From: Candidatus Woesearchaeota archaeon | GTDB lineage: Archaea; Nanobdellota; Nanobdellia; Pacearchaeales; GW2011-AR1 | Reading direction: 5' to 3' | Length of the DNA stretch: 56,496 nt | Assembly (NCBI GenBank): GCA_964428325.1 | Contig: CAYRXU010000004.1 | Coordinates: 1 to 56,496 of the forward strand | Shown here: piece after piece, positions 18,934 to 28,088 of the stretch | Layout: each line of letters starts with the position of its first letter | Position numbering within the stretch: position 1 is the first letter of the stretch | Made by a program: the position numbers and the translations under genes | The notes under the pieces: model-generated | What the model saw: only the letters and a program-made list of their open reading frames with translations | The model's database searches: none | What the model was told of the DNA's origin: nothing

Positions 18934-19626
18934 TTACTTTTGAGATCTGATCATTCTACCAAGTTCGACTTCGCCAAGGATACCCTTTCGTGGCTTAAGA
19001 CTTGATGCAAAATCCTGTGCAAAATCCCTCTTGAAAATAGAATTGATAATGCCGGTCACAAACATCGCAATCAATGCGCCTATACCTGCAACAAGCATAT
19101 CTTTCTGGGCGTCCCAAATATCTCCTTGTGTTCCTAGGAAAGCAAGACCAGCGTTCGGATCAACAACTACAGCAGCCAACCATTCAATAATCTCATAGAT
19201 TGCAGAGAATGCAAGTGTCAACTCAGCAGGGAACCAATAGGCCCAGAATCCGCGAGCATTCCCAAGACGCATAAACAACTCGCGAATAGGATAAGCAAGT
19301 AAGAAACCAAATGAAAAATGCACAAGCCGATCATACATATTTCTCGATGCGCCAAACCAATCCTGCAACATATACCCAAATGGCACTTCAGCGTACGTAT
19401 AATGCGATCCGATTACATGCAGCACCATAAAGACAGTAATCAAAGTGTAGGAAACGCGTGAAAGTCTAAAGAAATAACCCGCAATCAAAATAAGAGGCAC
19501 AAAAATAAAGACAAGATAATTCTCAAGCAGCCACGCACTTGGATATTTAGGATCTATAGCAGCCCAAATCCAAGCAGCAAGAAATACAGCAAACAAAAAA
19601 ACCAAATACCAATCAACCTTCTTCAT
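18934..19626 (-). CDS. DUF2238 (YjdF-like) membrane protein
   Basis: HYTYAEVP, RNMYDRLVHF, YEIIEW, GTQGDIWDAQKDM. Confidence 0.85.
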   Translation of the reverse strand: MKKVDWYLVFLFAVFLAAWIWAAIDPKYPSAWLLENYLVFIFVPLILIAGYFFRLSRVSYTLITVFMVLHVIGSHYTYAEVPFGYMLQDWFGASRNMYDRLVHFSFGFLLAYPIRELFMRLGNARGFWAYWFPAELTLAFSAIYEIIEWLAAVVVDPNAGLAFLGTQGDIWDAQKDMLVAGIGALIAMFVTGIINSIFKRDFAQDFASSLKPRKGILGEVELGRMIRSQK

Positions 19627-19666
19627 AATGGCCTAAAGCAAAACCAAGTTATAAACGTTTGTCGCG

Positions 19667-20302
19667 TCAGCGTATATAGCGGTCTTCCCAAGCACGCATT
19701 GAGCCTTCATGTATCAAAACCCGAGCACTATCCTTCTCCTTAACATCTTTTCTCCTATAAAAGAACCCCATAACCATTCCGACGGCCATACCAGACAAAT
19801 GAGCAAAGTTACCTGTATTATTGATAGGATTGCCTGAAAGATATCCTACCGCGCCAAGAACATCTCCTGCCGCCCAGATAATGCCTGCAATGAAGATAGG
19901 CATAGGGAAACCGAAAGCAACAACTGGCAAACCGGGCCTTACAATGATCAGCGCACCAATAATTCCGAATATTGCTCCAGATGCTCCAAGTGAAGCATCA
20001 TAAAAGTTAACTGAAAAGATATTTGCCAACACACCAGATAAAAAGAATACGAGCAAAAACCTTCGTGACCCAATCAATCTCTCAAGCATACTTCCAAACA
20101 ACCCAAGTGCCAAAAGATTATACAATAAGTGTCCAGTTCCACCGTGTAAAAACACAGCCGTCAAAAACCTCCAGACCTGAGCCCATGCTTCGGGCGTTAA
20201 AAGAAAGAGTTCGGTAAATCCAGGAATCACCAGCTGTAAGATAAAAGTAACAACACAAATCGCACATAGCCAAAGCGCGAAAAATCTAAACTTCTCCATC
20301 AT
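19667..20302 (-). CDS. Rhomboid intramembrane serine protease
   Basis: WRFLT, FLHG, HLLYN, GASGA, AHLSG. Confidence 0.92.
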   Translation of the reverse strand: MMEKFRFFALWLCAICVVTFILQLVIPGFTELFLLTPEAWAQVWRFLTAVFLHGGTGHLLYNLLALGLFGSMLERLIGSRRFLLVFFLSGVLANIFSVNFYDASLGASGAIFGIIGALIIVRPGLPVVAFGFPMPIFIAGIIWAAGDVLGAVGYLSGNPINNTGNFAHLSGMAVGMVMGFFYRRKDVKEKDSARVLIHEGSMRAWEDRYIR

Positions 20303-20658
20303 CTACTACAGCGATCAAAACGGCAATCGTTGCTCGCGTTCCTAGCTACAGAATGCCCATCACGACACGACTTTGCTTCCAGGGTACACGCAGGCATAGC
20401 GCCATCACACACGTACTGGCACTTACGCATGCCATTCACATACCTCCATCCGCCAACACATTGAGCAGTAATATCTCCTTCATGTGCAGTCGCACAACAT
20501 GCATCCTGAGCTTCAGCAGAAAGCGGGCTACCACAAATACTGTCACCAACAAGCGCACTTGCCCTTCCAGCGGCCTGATGATACCAATAATACATAGCGA
20601 CCCCTATCAACAAAATAGCTACAATAATGCTAACTGAAATAAGTGTTTGCTTCTTCAT
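20299..20658 (-). CDS. Small secreted/anchored Cys-rich protein
   Basis: N-terminal TM; ACTLEAKSCRDG...C...C motif. Confidence 0.65.
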   Translation of the reverse strand: MKKQTLISVSIIVAILLIGVAMYYWYHQAAGRASALVGDSICGSPLSAEAQDACCATAHEGDITAQCVGGWRYVNGMRKCQYVCDGAMPACTLEAKSCRDGHSVARNASNDCRFDRCSR

Positions 20659-20828
20659 AATACACCTTTAGAGCCCTGCGTTTAATAAACTTTTTATGCT
20701 ATGATCCGATAGGGTCGAGCATCAAAGATTCCCCCTAGGAATCTTTTTATACCGTCATTCCTCGCTTATATCAGACCTGCACAGAGGTTATTGGATTAAA
20801 CCAACCTCCAGAGTGCAAGTCACAACAT

Positions 20829-20900
20829 GGCGGTTGTAGTTTAATGGTAGAATAACGGACTGTGGCTCCGTAGACGGGGGTTCGATTCCCCTCTTCCGCT
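20829..20900 (+). tRNA. tRNA-His(GTG) with an atypical acceptor stem
   Basis: Anticodon arm ACGGA-CTGTGGC-TCCGT, D- and T-arms intact; encoded G-1; two T-T mismatches in the acceptor. Confidence 0.85.
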
Positions 20901-20933
20901 CTTTCTAATCCAGAAAAATTCTCTATCAATACA

Positions 20934-22022
20934 TTGCAACAAACCATAAAAAGGAGAAATATTACCAGAACCATGCTAGAAGAAGCTGAAACTGATAAAG
21001 GCAGCCCTAAGCCTTCCAAAAGAAGAAAGAATTCTGATCTCCCCCTTACAACAATCAACATTCAAACATGCATCTATCGCGCTTTACAAAGAATAGGCGT
21101 ACCCGCGGAAAGTATATTTAACTTATACCTAACATTACACGATAAGAAGCTAGGCGCTCCTGCTGTACGTAAAGATGTAATCCTCTGTAGAAGACCAGGA
21201 GAATCCGAATCGACTGAAGAATGGATTAAGGTCCCCACATCAGATATTCGTAAGCATTTGGCAGGTAAACTCATGCGCGACTACCGCCAAGATGGTCTTC
21301 TAGAAGATAGTCCTTCTCAGCAGGAGATAGCTCGCTCTGTAGGATGGGAAAGCCACGCAAGTGTAAAGGCAGCCGTGATCCAATGGGAGCAATACATTGC
21401 TGAAGGCAAAGAACCCTATAACGCAGAACATGTATTGGCTCCTCTGACTCGAGAACTAAGAAGAGATATACAAAAATTTCTGGAGGAAGGAAGAATAGTT
21501 GAATCAATAAATAACGGTAGTCTTTCGCGTCCACAGATAATCCCAATCGGACTCGTAAAAGTAATACAAGACAGTTCGCATTTTAAAACGGATCCTGCTT
21601 CTGTGAATGGAGCAGTTGAAAAAAGAGAATATAATAACGGATCTCCTAAAAAAGGAAAATCTAACAGAGAAGAAACTGGGCTTACAAAAATAGTAAAAGA
21701 AGGCATAAGAGCAAGGGGCGCATACGAAGAAGAAGTAGAAACAATCTATGAAAGACTTCAAGGATGTCAAGACGATTCAGGGCAACGCGGATCTTCTGTA
21801 TATATTGGAGGCGTAAAGAAACCATTAAGTTTAGTAAGGGCTGCTCTTGCGCATTGGATGTATGTAACTGCCTCAGGAGGTACGCTTGACGATATCGAAG
21901 TGTCTTACGCATTAAATTACGCCAACCCCACAAAAGCAATACAGGCTATCGAAGAAGAGAATGATCGAGTAAACGAAGCCATTCATAAAAGAATCAGCAA
22001 GAGTTCCACAATCTCCGAATAA
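20934..22022 (+). CDS. Hypothetical protein, possible HTH
   Basis: 362-aa ORF; QQEIARSVGW is HTH-like. Confidence 0.55.
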   Translation: MQQTIKRRNITRTMLEEAETDKGSPKPSKRRKNSDLPLTTINIQTCIYRALQRIGVPAESIFNLYLTLHDKKLGAPAVRKDVILCRRPGESESTEEWIKVPTSDIRKHLAGKLMRDYRQDGLLEDSPSQQEIARSVGWESHASVKAAVIQWEQYIAEGKEPYNAEHVLAPLTRELRRDIQKFLEEGRIVESINNGSLSRPQIIPIGLVKVIQDSSHFKTDPASVNGAVEKREYNNGSPKKGKSNREETGLTKIVKEGIRARGAYEEEVETIYERLQGCQDDSGQRGSSVYIGGVKKPLSLVRAALAHWMYVTASGGTLDDIEVSYALNYANPTKAIQAIEEENDRVNEAIHKRISKSSTISE

Positions 22023-22075
22023 GACAAGTCACAATTAAGCACAATCCTTTTATAACCTATATTCATCAAGGAGAT

Positions 22076-23296
22076 ATGGTGAGTTACGAACCTGATCTAG
22101 TGAAGGGATTTCCTGAATATCTTCCCCCTCAATCACAGAAATATGCAGCCATTCAACAAATTATAGAAAACCAATTCCAACTGCACGGTTTCTTCCCAAT
22201 CAAAACTCCAACGGTAGAATTTGATGAACTGATGCGCCCTGAAGTCGGCAATGAGGATGAGGCAATCTCAGACAGATTCAGATTGCAAGACCGCGGTGGA
22301 AGAAATCTAGGTCTGAGATACGAGTTCACCTTCCAGCTACAAAGAATATTCAAACAACACCCCAACATCAAGCTACCATTCAGAAGATACCAAATTGGTG
22401 CGGTCTTCCGCGACGAACCAACAAGTAGCACACGATACAAAGAGTTCATACAGTGTGATGCAGACATCATCGGAGACGCATCAGTAGAAGCAGATGCAGA
22501 AGTTCTAGCGTTGTGGAGCAACATCATGAAGGCTCTCGGAATCAAAGCAGAAATTAGAATCAATCACAGGAAGCTTGCAAACGCCATTCTTGAAAGCGTC
22601 CAGATAAAACAGAAGGCAGAAGTTATGCGCGAAATTGACAAACTAGATAAAATCGGCGAAGACATCATCAAGGCAAATCTCAAGAAATATGCAGACACTA
22701 ACCAAATCATTACCCTCTTCAAGCTCTTAGAAAAAGATCTAGCATTTTTCGTTAGCAATATGTTTGATGGCGCAGAAGACATCATCAAGCTTCGTGAACT
22801 AGGCAAGAAACACGGATTCACCGTTGTCTTCGACCCTCTCCTTGTCAGAGGCCTTTCCTACTACACGGGCATGGTCACCGAATTCAGCGTTGCAGGGAGC
22901 AAGAGTTCTATAGCTGGCGGTGGGCGATACGACAAATCAGTCGGCAAATTCCTAAACCGAGAAATTCCAGCCGTAGGTATTTCAGCAAGTATCGAGCGCC
23001 TCATGGAACACGCAAACGTCGCACCAGTCGGACCAAAAGCAATCATCATCTCAATCGATAAGCCTGCAGATGCTGCACGCTTAGCAAAAGCACTACGCGC
23101 AGCAAACATCAGCGTCGTCGTGTCCACAGACAAGCCAGGTAAATCTCTTGAATACGCTAACTCATATCAAATCCCATTCAGCATTTTCGTAGGCAGTGAC
23201 GAAGTAAAGAAAAAGAAATTCAAAATCAAAAACATGCTCACCGGCGAAGAGCACGAGTATGCAGAGAAGTCGCTTGTTAAAGCTCTGCAGAAATAA
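22076..23296 (+). CDS. hisS: Histidine--tRNA ligase
   Basis: KGFPEY, LRYEFT, FRDE...EFIQCD, RGLSYYTG, GGGRYD. Confidence 0.97.
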   Translation: MVSYEPDLVKGFPEYLPPQSQKYAAIQQIIENQFQLHGFFPIKTPTVEFDELMRPEVGNEDEAISDRFRLQDRGGRNLGLRYEFTFQLQRIFKQHPNIKLPFRRYQIGAVFRDEPTSSTRYKEFIQCDADIIGDASVEADAEVLALWSNIMKALGIKAEIRINHRKLANAILESVQIKQKAEVMREIDKLDKIGEDIIKANLKKYADTNQIITLFKLLEKDLAFFVSNMFDGAEDIIKLRELGKKHGFTVVFDPLLVRGLSYYTGMVTEFSVAGSKSSIAGGGRYDKSVGKFLNREIPAVGISASIERLMEHANVAPVGPKAIIISIDKPADAARLAKALRAANISVVVSTDKPGKSLEYANSYQIPFSIFVGSDEVKKKKFKIKNMLTGEEHEYAEKSLVKALQK

Positions 23297-23297
23297 G

Positions 23298-24485
23298 ATG
23301 GTCTTCAAGAAAGGAGAGCTGAAAATTCTATGGCCTTTCTATCTAGACGCTGCGATTAGCCCACTTTTCTTCTTTATGCCTGCCTTTATGGTCTTATACT
23401 TCAAGGGAATCGGACTTAGTTTATTTCAAGTCGGCATATTACTGGGAATAGCTAACTTAACTTCATTACTCTTCGAAATACCTACTGGAGCTATTGCAGA
23501 CATTTACGGAAGAAAATTCTCTGTGCTGTTAAGTTACTTTCTGCAAGGAATTGGATTTCTCTCACTCTTCTTCATCAAGAATTACTACGCTATTGTCGGA
23601 GTCTATGCACTTCTAGGAATTGCATCTACGTTCTCTTCTGGGGCGAAAGAGGCCTGGGTAATAGACCTAATTCGCGCAAGCAAGAAAGATCTTCAGAAAA
23701 GTTACTTTGTCAAGAGCCAAGCCATTGATAGTGCAGGACTAATATTATCAGGGATTATTGGCGCATATGCCGTCAAATTATTTGGATTATCTATAATCTG
23801 GATCGCTACGTGCATCTCTTTCTTGGCTGCATTCACCATAGTGTTATTCGCTCGTGAAGCTTTTTTGAGAAAGAAAACACCTGACTCCTCTGTTCAGAGA
23901 ATAACAAAACAAGGGTTCAGAGCAATCCAGTACAGCAAAAACCATAGTGTTTTATTCTCGTTGCTCATCATCGCAGCACTTCTAATATTTGCAAGTAATC
24001 TTGGAAGCCAGATAGCATGGCTACCATTATTTGAAAGTCTAGGAATGCAAGAACATACATTTGGCTATTTATGGTCGCTCATGGCGTTAGTCGGAGTAAT
24101 CGCCCCCCTATTTGCCTCAAGATTACTAAAAACATCAAAAGAGAGAAGATTTTTAATAATTACACTAATTCTAGGAACTCTAACAAACTTACTTATAATA
24201 TTTGCTTCTACAAAGTTATTTGCTATAATAATACTGCTTTTTTCAACCCTGTTCTGGGGCATGAGGTTTACCGCAGACAGAATCTATTTCCATAGATTCA
24301 TCCCAAACAAGCTAAGAGCAAGTATCGGGTCTCTAGAATCAATGGTACTTTCTATTGTAGCCATAGTGGGAGTCCCCCTTGCAGGATTTTTAGTTGATCA
24401 CATCGGACCAAAATATACAATAATTAGTGCAACGCCAATATTAATTATAGCTCTGATAATTTATTCTAGAATAAAAGAAAATTAG
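23298..24485 (+). CDS. MFS transporter
   Basis: FEIPTGAIADIYGRK motif A; 12 TMs. Confidence 0.9.
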   Translation: MVFKKGELKILWPFYLDAAISPLFFFMPAFMVLYFKGIGLSLFQVGILLGIANLTSLLFEIPTGAIADIYGRKFSVLLSYFLQGIGFLSLFFIKNYYAIVGVYALLGIASTFSSGAKEAWVIDLIRASKKDLQKSYFVKSQAIDSAGLILSGIIGAYAVKLFGLSIIWIATCISFLAAFTIVLFAREAFLRKKTPDSSVQRITKQGFRAIQYSKNHSVLFSLLIIAALLIFASNLGSQIAWLPLFESLGMQEHTFGYLWSLMALVGVIAPLFASRLLKTSKERRFLIITLILGTLTNLLIIFASTKLFAIIILLFSTLFWGMRFTADRIYFHRFIPNKLRASIGSLESMVLSIVAIVGVPLAGFLVDHIGPKYTIISATPILIIALIIYSRIKEN

Positions 24486-25426
24486 ATATCTTCGTCATCA
24501 ACGCCACTATCGCTTTTTCTCGCACTAACACTGAATCCAACAGGAGCATCGCCATCAAGTGTTTCACCCACACGATCATCTCCAGACATTGATTTATCAC
24601 TCTCTTCCTGAGATTCCTCCGCATCTTTCATGAAAGCCTCAACCTCGGCGCGTCTTCGCTCTAACTCCTCAGAATTCTTCCGCTCGTAAAGGTCCTTCAT
24701 CCACACCCAGATCTCTTCAAAATGTCCCTCTTGTTCAAGCCATACCCTCTGCTGCGTATCAAGATGTAGTAGCGCAGCAAAATCCAGAATGCGCTCGTGC
24801 CGCGTGCCTTCTTTTACAAGATGTGAAAAAGCCAACCTCTCATCCCTTCCCTCAAAAAGCACAAGCAACTTAGCATGAATCTGTTGAATGCGCTCGTGCA
24901 CATTTATCTTATTCTTAGGTAACGCAACTTCAACTTCCCATTCATGTTGTTTCACAAGAATCTCTCGTTTGATACGTCTATTCTCTGTCTTAATTGCCTT
25001 ACCAAGTGCACTCATAAGTTCTTCAAGAGTCACACGCCTGAATCGTGGCAAGGGCGTTCTCGGAACAAGAGCAGGAGCATCACCATCAAGCTCAATCCTT
25101 TCCTGCACATATGGTTTTTCATCATCTTTTGTGCCAAAGAGTATCTCATCCAGCGTAGGAATATCTTGATTTAACACAATCTCAGACTTAATACGTAAAA
25201 GAAGCGAAGCCGCAAGTAAAACCTTTGAAGAAACGAAGAAATTAGCTTCCTCAAGTGCACGTACTTTTTCCAAAAACTTCACGCTCAACAGACACAAATC
25301 AATGTTCCACGGGTCAAGCTGTTCAGTATTAATCAAATCATAGATAATGCTCTGCCAGCTCAGCTTATCCTCAAAAAGAAGCTTGTGGATCTGTTCTTGA
25401 CCTACCTTTTCTACCCCTTCAGACAT
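24482..25426 (-). CDS. scpA: Segregation and condensation protein A (kleisin)
   Basis: LDPWNIDL, AASLLLRIKS, RRVTLEELMSAL, FAALLHL...LEQ. Confidence 0.9.
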   Translation of the reverse strand: MSEGVEKVGQEQIHKLLFEDKLSWQSIIYDLINTEQLDPWNIDLCLLSVKFLEKVRALEEANFFVSSKVLLAASLLLRIKSEIVLNQDIPTLDEILFGTKDDEKPYVQERIELDGDAPALVPRTPLPRFRRVTLEELMSALGKAIKTENRRIKREILVKQHEWEVEVALPKNKINVHERIQQIHAKLLVLFEGRDERLAFSHLVKEGTRHERILDFAALLHLDTQQRVWLEQEGHFEEIWVWMKDLYERKNSEELERRRAEVEAFMKDAEESQEESDKSMSGDDRVGETLDGDAPVGFSVSARKSDSGVDDEDI

Positions 25427-25523
25427 AATAGACTCAAAAGCACTACATTTATATCCCTTTCTTACGCCATAGAAGCCTAAAAGAAAACTGTTCTCATTAT
25501 TAAGTTACAACATAATCGAAAGG

Positions 25524-25531
25524 TTTATATA
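25524..25531 (+). promoter_or_regulatory. TATA box facing a non-coding structured region
   Basis: AAAGG-TTTATATA; +29 nt lands at about 25553, where the terminal helix begins. Confidence 0.6.
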
Positions 25532-25554
25532 TCCCTACAAGTTCGGATTATTAA

Positions 25555-25718
25555 TCACCTCTTTTTCCCAGGAGAGGACGTTTCATCCATCTTTTTGAAG
25601 GGTGAGGCCTCCTCTCTATGGGTTGAAACAGCTATAGAGTTTAAGGAATCGTTCTTCAAAACTTCCAAAAAAGTCCTTGTATAGGCAGGAAAGTGTATCC
25701 GAACGAAGAAAGAGGTGA
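25555..25718 (+). ncRNA. Unidentified structured RNA, ~164 nt
   Basis: 12-bp terminal helix, several internal helices with G-U pairs on the + strand, own TATA box, no ORF. Confidence 0.65.
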
Positions 25719-25742
25719 GAATTCTACTCAAATAAAATAAGA

Positions 25743-25949
25743 TTACTTCTTACCAAACTCAGTATAATTGCACTTACCGCAATGCATTCGATTATCTCTA
25801 TTTGCCAAGAACACTCCAGGACCACAACGTGGGCAGAACGGTGCCCTCGTAAGTTTAGCGCCATCAACCTTGTAGTGCTTGTACTTTGTGCTTGTAGGCT
25901 TGTTCTTATGCGCCTTCTTTCCGCCCTTAGCTTTTTTATCGTCTGCCAT
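25743..25949 (-). CDS. rps27ae: 30S ribosomal protein S27ae
   Basis: CPRCGPGVFLA...RMHCGKC zinc ribbon; position in the operon. Confidence 0.95.
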   Translation of the reverse strand: MADDKKAKGGKKAHKNKPTSTKYKHYKVDGAKLTRAPFCPRCGPGVFLANRDNRMHCGKCNYTEFGKK

Positions 25950-26215
25950 TATGATTTAGCCTTCTTCTCCTTTACTCGAGGTTCAATGCTCTTTTTGTGA
26001 TCAGCTGAATCATATACAAAAGCCTCAACAGTCACATGGTGCGAGCCATAATGGCTTCCAATCTTCTTGATAGCAACATGTTCTGGAGCAACCTTAAAGT
26101 GGGTCGCTACAAGCTCAAGTGCCTGTGCATGACTTGGAGGAGATGCCTGCTGTAGCTGAATCTTGACTTCATGTCGCTTCAATAGCTTGTTTGGTTTTTC
26201 GTGTAGTATGTTCAT
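25949..26215 (-). CDS. rps24e: 30S ribosomal protein S24e
   Basis: NKLLKRHEV, PPS...ALELVA, YG...AFVYDS; synteny. Confidence 0.9.
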   Translation of the reverse strand: MNILHEKPNKLLKRHEVKIQLQQASPPSHAQALELVATHFKVAPEHVAIKKIGSHYGSHHVTVEAFVYDSADHKKSIEPRVKEKKAKS

Positions 26216-26397
26216 CGTAATCTCACTGCGAAGAGCCCTTTCTTAGTTAAAGAAAGTTTCTTCGAAATCTCAGATTGTTCAGGGTTTAAAACTATTACCT
26301 TTCCCTTAAAACTGTCAAGGGATTCGTTAGATCCGCACTCAGGACACTTAGCCCCCTCATATAGTGATCTGCATTGTCTACATGCTTTGACTGCCAT
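26212..26397 (-). CDS. spt4: Transcription elongation factor Spt4 (RpoE'')
   Basis: KACRQC...CPECGS, GKVIVLNPEQSEISK. Confidence 0.95.
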   Translation of the reverse strand: MAVKACRQCRSLYEGAKCPECGSNESLDSFKGKVIVLNPEQSEISKKLSLTKKGLFAVRLR

Positions 26398-26398
26398 G

Positions 26399-26674
26399 TT
26401 AAGCTCTAACCTCCTGGGTCGATCGGGCCTGTTCAGCTAAGTATCCTTGAATTCTGTAAGCTGCGCCAACAACATTAACGCTGTTCGGATCAACGTCAAG
26501 CAAAACAGACTGAGGAATATGATAAGAAGAGCTAACATTATAAGCGAAATCCAGAAAAGCTCCTTTGTGAATAACATCGTCCCGTAGAATAGCCCCAATA
26601 GTCCTACGGTCTTCAGCACCCACATCTAGGATTTCTCTCAAATCTTGAGCGATGACAGCTACTTCAGGATTCAT
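26399..26674 (-). CDS. Hypothetical protein inserted between rpoE1 and spt4
   Basis: ATGA overlap with the rpoE1 stop. Confidence 0.55.
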   Translation of the reverse strand: MNPEVAVIAQDLREILDVGAEDRRTIGAILRDDVIHKGAFLDFAYNVSSSYHIPQSVLLDVDPNSVNVVGAAYRIQGYLAEQARSTQEVRA

Positions 26675-27270
26675 TTCTTGCTCTCCTTCTTTGATTTCTT
26701 TTCGCCCTTTTCGCCTTCCTTCTTAGCGCGGGCATTCTTCTTGTTCTGCTCATCAAGCCACTCTACCTTTCCAAGTCCAGGCTGTCTCATCGTCAATCCA
26801 ATCTTAGGATCGCCCATCTTATAACTGATAGCAACGATGCGAGCCATGCACTTGTCTCCAACAGAAAGAATTCTCTTTGAGTTTTTACCGGCAAGTGTTC
26901 CTGTCTTATTCAAAGAAACATAATCGTCCATCGTCTGCGAAATGTGAATCATTCCCCGAGCAGGACCAATTCTTATGAATGCTCCAAAGTTAGTAATCTC
27001 TTCTATAGTACCGTAAGCTAGCTCATGCAACTCCGGCTTCCAGATAAGAACAGTAAATCGTGACTTGTAATAAGTTGCGCCATCACCAGGAATGATAACT
27101 CCGTCGCCAACATAATCAACACCGACAACACTCATAACGAAACCAATTTCTTTGCTGACTTTATCGACGTAAGTCTCATTCAATTGCTTCTCTACAGCTT
27201 CCTTGGTTTCCAAACCAAAGAGGCGCGGCTCAACCCGCACATGGTCTTCAATGTGAGCTAAATAGAACAT
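26671..27270 (-). CDS. rpoE1: RNA polymerase subunit E' (Rpo7)
   Basis: PGDGATY, FGAFIRIGP..GMIHISQ S1 domain, KIGLTMRQPGLGK. Confidence 0.97.
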   Translation of the reverse strand: MFYLAHIEDHVRVEPRLFGLETKEAVEKQLNETYVDKVSKEIGFVMSVVGVDYVGDGVIIPGDGATYYKSRFTVLIWKPELHELAYGTIEEITNFGAFIRIGPARGMIHISQTMDDYVSLNKTGTLAGKNSKRILSVGDKCMARIVAISYKMGDPKIGLTMRQPGLGKVEWLDEQNKKNARAKKEGEKGEKKSKKESKK

Positions 27271-27316
27271 CTCATTTAGTGATAAAGATGGTTTTTAAAG
27301 CTTTTCAAAGCTCAAA

Positions 27317-27598
27317 TTAAGAAGCTATTTCTTCAGCCACGCAGGTCTCTGGACTAGCAGCATGTCCATCATATACAATAGGCTCTCCAGAATAGTCCTT
27401 AGGAAGATTATTCAAACTCTCATCAGAAATGCCTGCAAGCAAATAACCCACAAGCACATGCCTCCCATGAGACTCTGAGAATTTGTAACCCCAATCGACA
27501 TGATGAGCTGAAGGAGGGAATTTGCCTTCAAGTTCATTAGATAATCGCTCAAGGAGACTAACGCGCTCAAGCTTACGAGAAAGATCCGCATCCAGCAT
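27317..27598 (-). CDS. Hypothetical protein
   Basis: 93-aa co-oriented ORF. Confidence 0.5.
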   Translation of the reverse strand: MLDADLSRKLERVSLLERLSNELEGKFPPSAHHVDWGYKFSESHGRHVLVGYLLAGISDESLNNLPKDYSGEPIVYDGHAASPETCVAEEIAS

Positions 27599-27637
27599 TC
27601 GCTAATTACCCAATTCTCCTATTTAACTATTTAGATT

Positions 27638-28030
27638 CTATCCAGATTCTGGCCCAACACGTTTTTGAGCATCAAAAATAACAACCCTATTCGGTACTTG
27701 CTTCTTTACTTCGCGGTCAAGGCTAGCAATATAAGCACCCTGTTTGCCCTTATGGATAAGAGACTCGTCAACTTTTCCTTTACCCAAGCTAACATGTTTA
27801 ACCTTGGTGCGCTCAAGAAAAGCCAAAGCAAGATCAATTGCCAATCGGTCATCTCGTGAAGCTTTTTCACTCTTACGCAAGTCTCTCAATTCCTGCACAA
27901 CTTCCTTAGGTACAAGTACCTTGAAACCTTGTCCTTCTAACTGATCAACAAAATCAATATTTTTCCTAAAACAAGAAACAATGAAATTCGTATCAACAAT
28001 CACTTCCATAAGACACAATAGTTCACGCAC
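27638..28030 (-). CDS. PIN-domain protein (Fcf1/Utp24-like)
   Basis: VIVDTNF, VVQEL, VDESL, IASLDRE; usual neighbour of rpoE1. Confidence 0.85.
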   Translation of the reverse strand: MRELLCLMEVIVDTNFIVSCFRKNIDFVDQLEGQGFKVLVPKEVVQELRDLRKSEKASRDDRLAIDLALAFLERTKVKHVSLGKGKVDESLIHKGKQGAYIASLDREVKKQVPNRVVIFDAQKRVGPESG

Positions 28031-28088
28031 TATATAATCCTTATGAAGCCCAACTAACGTTTATATATCTGCAACACCAAATAGCTTA

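Noticed and set aside
25555-25718. RNase P RNA, 5S rRNA or 16S 3' end
   Set aside because: No GAGGAAAGTCC or CR-V motif, no 5S layout, and no rRNA sequence upstream of the ATCACCTC match.
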